From NCBI RefSeq assembly GCF_024022995.1, contig NZ_CP099582.1:1453054-1477053 (forward strand): DNA of 24,000 nt. Reading direction: 5' to 3'. The DNA is from Thermococcus aggregans (lineage in GTDB: Archaea > Methanobacteriota_B > Thermococci > Thermococcales > Thermococcaceae). The position numbers and the translations under genes are program-made. Positions 7,280 through 14,485 of this stretch are shown here, one piece after another (position 1 is the stretch's first letter; each line of letters starts with the position of its first letter). Below the pieces are notes generated by a model, which did no database searches, was not told the origin of the DNA, and worked only from the letters and a program-made list of their open reading frames with translations.

Positions 7280-8625
7280 CCTTTTATATTCCATTTTTCT
7301 TTGCTGAGGAACAGGTAAGCTTCTTCTTCAAGTTCTGGAGGAACGAAATTTAACAAAATCTCTGCTTCCTTTATGGGCTCCCTCAGGTTTTTGCCCAGGG
7401 CAACTTGATTCTTGGCGAGAAGTTCTTCAATAACGTCCACTATACTTTCCTTGACAGCTTTTTCGGAGTACAGCCTCTTCCCTCTAATCCATACCTTTTG
7501 ATTCTTTGCGTAGAAATCAAGTGCCCTCTCACTCAAGAATTCCGGACCGGGCTTTAGGAGCACCTTCGTTCTCTCCACTCTGTCAACCTCAAGCATAATG
7601 AAGGCTCTCTCAACATAACCCCAGTTTAAATCAAAAACCTCAAAGCCCTCCCTTTTCAGGCTTTTTTCAAATCCCTTCGCACTTCTCTCAAGCTGGGGGA
7701 GGAGTATGTCATCTATAAGCTCAGGCTTTGGAAAGATAAGGGTAACCAGATGTGTGCCTTTTTTCTTGAGTATCTCCTTATAATCGCCAGTCTCTTTTTT
7801 AGGTGGAAAGAAAAACTCAAGTCGGGGCTTTTCTCGGAATTCCCTTGCTTTGAAATAAAACACCCCGAACTTCTCCCAGCTTAGTGCAGATGCAACGTTT
7901 CTTCTTGGATCAACTGGGTCTATGACTATTAGGGGGCTCTCTTTTTCTCTCTCCACGGTTTTATAGGCTATTTCGGGCTCTTTCCTCAGCCATCCCTCAA
8001 GGTCTATTATCTTGCTCTTTCCCAAGAACTCAACGTTCTCAAGCAAGTTCATAAAGGAGCCGTATTTTATTATCAAGAGCTCTGTTAAGTAACCGGAAAA
8101 GCCCCTCACATAGACCTCACTGCCGTATGCCTTTATCCCCTTCAAGAATCTTTTGAGAAGCCTTACCTCGTCGTTTCTCCCATTTATGTTTTTTATAACC
8201 CACTCGGTGTGGAGGAGGGATCTGTCCACTGCAGTCTTGACATCTTTCCAGCTTTTTACGTTATAGCACGGCACGATATCAACTTCAAAGCCTTTGTAAG
8301 TGGATCTCACGTACGGGTGCTCAGCATAAGCCACCTCATAGTGCCCAAGCCTCTCGCCAATGCTCTTTCCGAGTTCTAAACCGGTTTTTCTTAGCTCTTC
8401 GAGAGAGGTTTCAAGAGGAAATGCTAAAAAGAGGTCAACATCGTGGTCTCCCGCTAAATAGGTATCCTTCGCTATTGAACCCACGAGGCGCGGAGTTGCA
8501 CTTACGCCTTTTTTCTCTATCTCCTCCTCCGCTATTCCAACTATTTCTTTTGTTACGGCATTAACTATTGCCCTTTCCTTTTCAGAGGGCTTTATTTTTT
8601 CCAAGACTTCCTTTAACAGCTCCAT
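7276..8625 (-). CDS. cca: Archaeal class I CCA-adding enzyme (tRNA nucleotidyltransferase)
   Basis: GSIAKDTYLAGDHDVDLFLAFP nucleotidyltransferase motif, with length and layout typical of archaeal CCA enzymes. The ORF-track start 8628 is TTG. I prefer ATG 8625, which has GGTGA 7 nt upstream. Confidence 0.9.
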   Translation of the reverse strand: MELLKEVLEKIKPSEKERAIVNAVTKEIVGIAEEEIEKKGVSATPRLVGSIAKDTYLAGDHDVDLFLAFPLETSLEELRKTGLELGKSIGERLGHYEVAYAEHPYVRSTYKGFEVDIVPCYNVKSWKDVKTAVDRSLLHTEWVIKNINGRNDEVRLLKRFLKGIKAYGSEVYVRGFSGYLTELLIIKYGSFMNLLENVEFLGKSKIIDLEGWLRKEPEIAYKTVEREKESPLIVIDPVDPRRNVASALSWEKFGVFYFKAREFREKPRLEFFFPPKKETGDYKEILKKKGTHLVTLIFPKPELIDDILLPQLERSAKGFEKSLKREGFEVFDLNWGYVERAFIMLEVDRVERTKVLLKPGPEFLSERALDFYAKNQKVWIRGKRLYSEKAVKESIVDVIEELLAKNQVALGKNLREPIKEAEILLNFVPPELEEEAYLFLSKEKWNIKG

Positions 8626-8636
8626 CAATGCTTCAC

Positions 8637-9194
8637 CTAATCCGCAAGCTCAAATCTGGCAAGGGTTTCGTAGATGGGCCCTTTTGGCGTCAAGGTGCTC
8701 TTCTTAAGCTCTATTGCGCTTACCTCAAACTCACCAAACTCCTCGTTAGAAAGCTCCTTCAGAGCCATCATAAGCTCAACCTTATCCTTCACAAACTTTA
8801 CCCTTCCAAGTGTGATGTGGGAAACAAAGTCTTTTTCTCGCTTAAAACCGAGTTTGAAAAGTGCGTTGTCTATTTCCTTTGCCATCTTCCTTATTTCCTC
8901 ATCGTTCTCTATTCCAGCCCAGATTACCCTGACATAGTTATAATCCGGGAACACTCCTATTCCCCTAACTTTCACACTGCGCTTCTTGTGCTTTTTAGCT
9001 ATTGATTCAAGAATTCGTTTGATCTCTTCCGCCTGCTCCTCCGTTATCTCTCCCAGAAATTTCAGAGTAAGGTGGAGGTTTTCTGGCTCGACGAATTTGA
9101 TTTTTGCTGATTTAGTTTTCTCTATTTTCTCTTGAGCTTCTAAGAGCTTTTGTCTGACGTTATCATTAATATCGATAGCTATAAACGCCCTCAT
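8637..9194 (-). CDS. thpR: RNA 2',3'-cyclic phosphodiesterase (ThpR/LigT, 2H phosphoesterase family)
   Basis: Two HxT/S motifs (HLTLKFLG and HITLGRV) at the spacing expected for 2H family enzymes. Its ATG overlaps the TGA of the upstream PRT gene (ATGA at 9191-9194). Confidence 0.85.
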
Positions 9195-9652
9195 TCTCTA
9201 ACCACCACTGGGAATTCTTCCCATGGGAAGACTATCCATTTGTCAGTTCTGAAGACGTAAAAGTCCGGGACGACAGAAGTCCATGGCTTCATTGCAAGGC
9301 AAGCAACTTTGATCTCCTTTGCGCCTTTTTTCTTTACTTCATCAATAACAACCTGGAGAGTCCTTCCCGTATCGCTGACATCGTCTACTATAACGACTTT
9401 CTTCCCCTTTAGGTCTCCGTGGAGCGGGATTGTTATCACTGGCTTTTCTCCTCTCTCGCCAATGTCTTTGTAAAACTTCACGTCAATTACCTTGAATTCA
9501 ACATCCCCCAAAATGTGGCTGAGCCTTACTCCTGGAATGAGCCCTCCTCTTGATATCCCAACGATGACGTCTGGTTTGTATTCCCTTAAACTGTCAGCCA
9601 GTGAGAAGATCGCCCTGTCAACCTGCCACCATGTTAGATAAACCTTGTCCAT
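9191..9652 (-). CDS. Purine (hypoxanthine/guanine/xanthine-type) phosphoribosyltransferase
   Basis: 153 aa with the PRPP-binding loop [23 protein letters not shown] lies 3 nt before the ATG. First gene of the PRT-thpR-cca operon. Confidence 0.85.
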
Positions 9653-9665
9653 TCTCTCACCCTCT

Positions 9666-11603
9666 TTTTCAATTCTTTTGAAGTCTTATTGGAACTTGGG
9701 TTTTTAAACTCTAACCTTCTACTCTACCATGTACAACTTTCAATTCTTCTAAAGTCTTATTGGAACTTGCCCGAATGGAAGCCATGGCAAACGGCTTTAA
9801 TTACTTTCAATTCTTCTAAAGTCTTATTGGAACTTGAAGAAAGAAGGAGGGAAACAATTGCAAAGTATGCACTCTTTCAATTCTTCTAAAGTCTTATTGG
9901 AACACGCGGTCGTGGTCGTAGCTGTATCCGACGGTATATATCTTTCAATTCTTCTAAAGTCTTATTGGAACAAATTCAATTGTGATGGGCTTGCTTTTGT
10001 TGTCCATGCTTTCAATTCTTCTAAAGTCTTATTGGAACTTGGGACAATTTTGCAAGCATTTCATCCGTTATTGTGCCTTTTTCTTTCAATTCTTCTAAAG
10101 TCTTATTGGAACAATGCCAAACCTTGCGTTATTAGTTTTTTCATCGGTTCTTTCAATTCTTCTAAAGTCTTATTGGAACGAGCCTGAATCTGAACTGAAA
10201 CATATGGCATTCCTCTCTTTCAATTCTTCTAAAGTCTTATTGGAACGTGGTGGCCAGTGAACTTTAAGTCAGTAAAATTATACGCTTTCAATTCTTCTAA
10301 AGTCTTATTGGAACGCGTTTATAGCAAAAGACCTTCTGCAAAAAGAAGACGCTTTCAATTCTTCTAAAGTCTTATTGGAACGGTGGCCTTACAGACAAAA
10401 GATCGACATAACAAGCACGCCTTTCAATTCTTCTAAAGTCTTATTGGAACACAGCATGGACGGATGGCACTTGGTGGAAAAATTCAGCTTTCAATTCTTC
10501 TAAAGTCTTATTGGAACCAGGAGCCAGCGGTGGAGTTTGGGGCGGAAGAAGAGGCCTTTCAATTCTTCTAAAGTCTTATTGGAACTTATTACTGCTTTTG
10601 CTTTGTAAAATGCATCTGTAACTTTCAATTCTTCTAAAGTCTTATTGGAACTGATTAAAAAGGAGGCTTAGAGATGTATGCATATGGAATAAAAAACTTT
10701 CAATTCTTCTAAAGTCTTATTGGAACACATATAAATCGTCGTCTCTCCATTCGCTGAAATTGAGCTTTCAATTCTTCTAAAGTCTTATTGGAACACGCCA
10801 GAATTAGAGAAGCGCCTTCTCCCCATTATGTTCTTTCAATTCTTCTAAAGTCTTATTGGAACCCATTCTTTTCTCAGCCTCTTCTTGGGCAATCTTTTCA
10901 GCTTTCAATTCTTCTAAAGTCTTATTGGAACTAAATGGTTTTAACACGGTTAAATCGGCTATAACAAGCTTTCAATTCTTCTAAAGTCTTATTGGAACGT
11001 TGATAAGGCACTCCCATATGTAACGAAAAGAGGCACTTTCAATTCTTCTAAAGTCTTATTGGAACCAGTTTCTGCAGTATCCGTTCCAGAACCTTCTAAT
11101 TGCTTTCAATTCTTCTAAAGTCTTATTGGAACAGTGGGATTCTTAGGCCTTATTAAAGATGCTTTCGTACTTTCAATTCTTCTAAAGTCTTATTGGAACA
11201 AGAGGAAGTAGAACCATTTTCTAAGCGTGGCGACATTCTTTCAATTCTTCTAAAGTCTTATTGGAACTCGGCAACGAGGAAGTTTAAACTTCCGCTTATA
11301 AAAGCTTTCAATTCTTCTAAAGTCTTATTGGAACACGACGGAGAGGGAAAAGTACCCATCGCCATCGCCGCTTTCAATTCTTCTAAAGTCTTATTGGAAC
11401 AAGCTTTTTCCACGTATTTCTTAAGAAGTCGTAGCTAATCTTTCAATTCTTCTAAAGTCTTATTGGAACGATGAGAATGGGGAACGTGCACATAATTAGA
11501 CCACTGCTTTCAATTCTTCTAAAGTCTTATTGGAACAATTCAAAGGATATTGCGACTCTTTGTCAGATAGTAACTTTCAATTCTTCTAAAGTCTTATTGG
11601 AAC
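9666..11603 (-). CRISPR. CRISPR array: 28 identical 30-bp repeats plus 1 degenerate trailer repeat, 28 spacers
   Basis: Plus-strand repeat is CTTTCAATTCTTCTAAAGTCTTATTGGAAC. The minus strand reads GTTCCAATAAGACTTTAGAAGAATTGAAAG, ending in the ATTGAAAG 8-nt tag known from Pyrococcus/Thermococcus crRNAs.

Perfect repeats start at 9737, 9804, 9874, 9942, 10009, 10083, 10150, 10217, 10285, 10352, 10421, 10488, 10556, 10622, 10697, 10765, 10833, 10902, 10969, 11036, 11103, 11170, 11238, 11305, 11371, 11440, 11507 and 11574.

The degenerate repeat at 9666-9695 (TTTTCAATTCTTTTGAAGTCTTATTGGAAC) has 3 mismatches.

Spacer lengths: 37 (x13), 38 (x6), 39 (x3), 36 (x2), and 40, 41, 44, 45 (x1 each). Repeat and spacer lengths sum to 1938 bp, which equals the array span.

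The strand call rests on the tag orientation and on the degenerate repeat being distal to the leader. Confidence 0.97.
9701..9708 (-). promoter_or_regulatory. Candidate TATA box (TTTAAAAA on the minus strand) for the PRT-thpR-cca operon, located inside the oldest spacer of the array
   Basis: Only 13 nt, all SD sequence, separate the degenerate trailer repeat from ATG 9652. The nearest TATA-like element is about 50 nt upstream of the ATG, within 9696-9736. Confidence 0.35.
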
Positions 11604-11655
11604 AGGGGGGCGATTTTCTCCTAAATCGGCTGTAAAGTAATTAGAGAGTTTGAAT

Positions 11656-11663
11656 CTTATAAA
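11656..11663 (-). promoter_or_regulatory. Candidate pre-crRNA promoter TATA box (minus strand GAAAAAG-TTTATAAG)
   Basis: An A-rich BRE-like stretch plus TTTATAAG is centred about 56 nt upstream of the first repeat (11603). This predicts a TSS near 11633. Not verified. Confidence 0.3.
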
Positions 11664-11707
11664 CTTTTTCTCGAAGGGTGAATAAATCAGCTCTCACAAG
11701 CCTCGAA

Positions 11708-11779
11708 TCCAAGCTCTAAGAAGAGACTTTGGAATGTTTACTAACTTGAAACCCTCCCGTTCTACTCGTGTACAACTTT
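11708..11779. repeat. Decayed repeat-spacer unit inside the leader, homologous to the array's trailer unit (9668-9740)
   Basis: 11708-11735 matches the degenerate trailer repeat at 16 of 28 positions, including the variant GAAG and the GGAA end. This is followed by collinear blocks shared with spacer 9696-9736: CTAAC, TTCTACTC (9717-9724 / 11760-11767) and TGTACAACTTT (9730-9740 / 11769-11779). Confidence 0.45.
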
Positions 11780-12126
11780 GCTCATGAGGCTTCCAGAGCG
11801 AAAGCAAAAGCCCAAATCAAAAATAAAACCATAAAAACGAGTTAAAAACAAGAAGATTCAATTTTCACGAGGAAGAATTATGAAAGATGCCACAAGCTTG
11901 CCTCGTTCAAAACTCCGAAAAAATTTCGTCACAAAACTCCCAAAATCTTATAACCCCTCGTTTGATAATAACTTCTGGTTACTAAAGACTTCCAAATCCC
12001 TCTCAAGCATTTAAATCCAAAAATAACTTCCCAAAAATAACCAAAATCAAAAAACAAAAACCTAAACGTGATAGCACTCCAAAAAACATAAAAGAGAGTA
12101 TGTTTTAAATAACCACTGGTGGTATT

Positions 12127-12384
12127 ATGTACGTGATTATCGTTTACGATGTTGCCGTTGAGAGAGTAAACAAAGTCAAAAAGTTTCTAAGACAATACCT
12201 CCACTGGGTTCAGAACAGCGTTTTTGAGGGTGAAATAACGTTAGCTGAGTTTGAGCGCATAAAAGCAGGTCTTACGGATATCATCAATGAGGATGAAGAT
12301 TCTATTCTCATTTACAAGCTCCGCTCAATGCCAAAAAGGGAAAGCCTGGGAGTGGAAAAGAACCCGATTGAGGATATTATCTAA
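12127..12384 (+). CDS. cas2: CRISPR-associated endoribonuclease Cas2
   Basis: 85 aa. MYVIIVYDV...RVNKVKKFLRQYLHWVQNSVFEGEIT...SILIYKL is a classic Cas2 ferredoxin-fold sequence. GGTGGT SD at 12118-12123. Confidence 0.9.
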   Translation: MYVIIVYDVAVERVNKVKKFLRQYLHWVQNSVFEGEITLAEFERIKAGLTDIINEDEDSILIYKLRSMPKRESLGVEKNPIEDII

Positions 12385-12395
12385 AACCACGCCAC
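12382..12395. repeat. Left copy of the 14-bp direct repeat TAAAACCACGCCAC (right copy at 19442-19455)
   Basis: Exact 14-mer. The left copy starts at the cas2 stop codon. The right copy overlaps the cas1 stop codon and its last codons (VAWF*). Confidence 0.6.
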
Positions 12396-12398
12396 AAA

Positions 12399-12424
12399 TT
12401 TTCAATTCTTTTGAAGTCTTATTG
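12399..12424 (-). repeat. Solitary degenerate CRISPR repeat relic
   Basis: 26 of 26 nt identical to the degenerate trailer repeat at 9666-9691 (TTTTCAATTCTTTTGAAGTCTTATTG), including both variant positions. It overlaps the cas6 stop codon at 12419-12421. Confidence 0.8.
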
Positions 12425-13219
12425 TAGCTCAATCATTCCAAATCCGTGTGTATTCCTAACCCCAACGCCCAATTGGTACCCAACATTTAGGAGATCCTCA
12501 TCTCCATAGAGCTTCAATCCAAGATGCCATGCTATTGCCCATATTGGTTTTCCTGTTTTCTTGTCTCTATCTGCTATTAACCTTTTCTCTTTTAGTCTTG
12601 GTTTGTCTAGGATTTCAATATCGAAGCTTCCTTCATATGTTTCTCCATGTAGCATTAGATACTTAGAGCGCAGATTTTCGAAGAGCAAGTGTTTCCACAC
12701 GAGTGGCTCGTTCTTGTAAGGACTGTTTTTGCTCTGAAAGGGGGAAACATCCCACTGATGTTTTCCGTTCGGAGGATTGTTGTCTATAATACTTATCGGC
12801 GAGAGTGTCTTAAGAGGCTTTCCTGAGAGAGAATTCGGTTCTTTTAGGAGCTTAATTTCTTCGACACAAAAGGACACGCCAAACAACTTCACTTCCTCAA
12901 GCTGACTTATTCCCTCAGCAAAAGCATTTGCTATTGCTAATTCGGCAGTAGAGAAGTATAGCTTGAACTTTTTGGAATTCACGAGGATTCCTCTGTTCGT
13001 TACGGTCCAGTCTCTGCCCCTCTTTCCAACAGCCCTTGGCTCAGAAAGAACGAACTTAATATCCTTTTTGACATTGTGCACCCTCCATGCGATGTGTAAA
13101 TCTGACGTCTCTATCGCCTTAAGTGCAAAGCCGTAGAGCGATCGAGGGTAATTGAAGGGAAGAATGAAGGATCTATCACAGGCAAGAATCAGCTTAAACC
13201 TCAGTGCAATCACCTCCAT
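12419..13219 (-). CDS. cas6: Cas6 crRNA-processing endoribonuclease
   Basis: 266 aa. N-terminal RFKLIL beta-strand start and C-terminal glycine-rich loop GVGVRNTHGFGMIEL are typical of Cas6. Position is at the end of the I-A cassette. Confidence 0.85.
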   Translation of the reverse strand: MEVIALRFKLILACDRSFILPFNYPRSLYGFALKAIETSDLHIAWRVHNVKKDIKFVLSEPRAVGKRGRDWTVTNRGILVNSKKFKLYFSTAELAIANAFAEGISQLEEVKLFGVSFCVEEIKLLKEPNSLSGKPLKTLSPISIIDNNPPNGKHQWDVSPFQSKNSPYKNEPLVWKHLLFENLRSKYLMLHGETYEGSFDIEILDKPRLKEKRLIADRDKKTGKPIWAIAWHLGLKLYGDEDLLNVGYQLGVGVRNTHGFGMIELQ

Positions 13220-13859
13220 AGAGCTTAAGGTAGAACAGTCCTCCTTCTGTTATTTCATATCTGACAACCTGAGTAATCGCTCTCACCGGATGAACAAGGT
13301 TGTAGCTCATCATTCTTTGAAGTTCCCTGCTCACAGTTGCAGGAGACATACCTATCTCTTCGGCAGTCTTTCTGACGCTCTTACCTTTGTAGAGGGCGCA
13401 GAGAATTCTGACCCACCTGATGTCAGCAGGTGCTAAAATCGGTGTTAAGTCAAAAGAAATAAAGCCAGCCAGATTTTCGAAGTCACTCTCCACCCTTACT
13501 GAAACATCTTGAAGAGAGGAAAGTGCTGCTAGCGTTGTAACTGTTAGAGCTCTCATGCCTCCAGAAAGAACGGCAAGAATCTCTCTGTCGGGTGTAATGT
13601 GCCTCAACACTTCTTCCCTTATCGTTAGCACCATATCCTCACCACTTCCTAAGGGAACCTCAACGATGGTGATACTGTCTTCTGAAGTGAGGCTTTTTAG
13701 AAGCCCTCGGAGGTTTTTAAGGGCAGTTATTGTTCTTTCTTCTTTTTCATAACCCTCGGGCAATACCGCGAGCAGCTTGTCTTCCTTTTTTAGCTTGTTT
13801 CTTATCAGAGCCCTTACTATGAATTTCTCATCAAAGCCGAGTGGAAAGACCACGAGCAT
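13194..13859 (-). CDS. csa3: Csa3-type CARF + winged-HTH transcriptional regulator
   Basis: 221 aa. N-terminal MLVVFPLGFDEKFIVRAL (Csa3/CARF Rossmann start) and C-terminal HTH (SVRKTAEEIGMSPATVSRELQRM). Its start overlaps the cas3'' stop (TAATG) and is preceded by GGGGTGGT. Confidence 0.8.
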   Translation of the reverse strand: MLVVFPLGFDEKFIVRALIRNKLKKEDKLLAVLPEGYEKEERTITALKNLRGLLKSLTSEDSITIVEVPLGSGEDMVLTIREEVLRHITPDREILAVLSGGMRALTVTTLAALSSLQDVSVRVESDFENLAGFISFDLTPILAPADIRWVRILCALYKGKSVRKTAEEIGMSPATVSRELQRMMSYNLVHPVRAITQVVRYEITEGGLFYLKLYGGDCTEV

Positions 13860-14485
13860 TAAACCACCCCATAAAGCTTAGATGACTCTAAAATTTCCTT
13901 TCCGAGATAAGTTCCTTTTCCTAAACGGTTTTTTGAAGCCGAAAAGTTATCTGCTACGACTACAGGAAGTAGAATTGCGTAGACAGATCTCAATTTATTC
14001 CTAAACGTCTCGGTGAGCTCTTCAGTGCTTGTGGCAGAGATTGTTTCTGGAACTTCTAAGCCGGTTAGTTTTTTGAATAATTTTCTACATTCTGGACATA
14101 GCTTTAGGCGTTTTTTCTGAGGAATGCCGTCTCGTATCCAATCATGGTGGTGGAGAAGTATCGCTGTAGATGCCACAATTCCTGCTTTGCCCCAATCTTT
14201 CAGTATCTCTCTAGCTATGAGGGCAGAGTAGTACTCGTGATACTTGAATCCTTGCTTCCTTTTTTGAAACTCTCCCAGTCCCTTTCCAACGTCGTGGAAA
14301 ATGTAAGCTAAGCGAAGCAACTCATCAGCCTTTTCCTTCTGAAGACCAAGAAGTTTTCCAAGGAATGCTCCATAGTTCCTCGCTATATACCTCTTTTCAA
14401 TGAGTTCAAGCCCCGTCATTATGTGCTCCTCCATGGTCTCAATGCACTCACCTGTTTCTTTGTCAAAAAACGCACAGCACGTCAT
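13859..14485 (-). CDS. cas3'': Cas3'' HD-domain nuclease (type I-A split Cas3)
   Basis: HD motifs FHDVGK and LLHHHDW. I chose ATG 14485 because it forms an ATGA overlap with the cas3' stop. The ORF-track start 14497 is GTG. Confidence 0.85.
   Translation of the reverse strand: MTCCAFFDKETGECIETMEEHIMTGLELIEKRYIARNYGAFLGKLLGLQKEKADELLRLAYIFHDVGKGLGEFQKRKQGFKYHEYYSALIAREILKDWGKAGIVASTAILLHHHDWIRDGIPQKKRLKLCPECRKLFKKLTGLEVPETISATSTEELTETFRNKLRSVYAILLPVVVADNFSASKNRLGKGTYLGKEILESSKLYGVV

Larger units (their letters stand above)
11604..12126 (-). other. CRISPR leader (A/T-rich, non-coding)
   Basis: 523 bp with no ORF of 60 aa or more. Phased A-tracts and short direct repeats are present, e.g. CCAAAAATAAC at 12017-12027 and 12031-12041. 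On the minus strand, 12000-12100 reads as multiple oligo-T runs that could stop read-through into the array. Confidence 0.6.

Noticed and set aside
8568-9005. 145-aa and 87-aa plus-strand ORFs opposite thpR and the cca 5' end
   Set aside because: They are shadow ORFs antisense to genes with clear family motifs, and they have no SD.
9689-11438. ORF-track proteins 9689-9889, 9834-10187 and 11193-11438, with recurring FNSSKVLLE / LSILLKSYWN peptides
   Set aside because: The periodic peptide is just the CRISPR repeat translated in different frames, so these are array artefacts and not genes.
13211-13219. GGAGGTGAT immediately after the annotated cas6 ATG, suggesting a downstream alternative start
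   Set aside because: No ATG, GTG or TTG codon lies in frame at a suitable distance (the next candidate is CTG). I kept ATG 13219 but flag the start as uncertain.
13194-13859. Csa3 CARF domain as evidence for a type III cyclic-oligoadenylate signalling system in this window
   Set aside because: No Cas10/Cmr/Csm genes or known ring nucleases are present in the 24 kb. Csa3 is a normal type I-A companion, so no type III claim is justified from this window.
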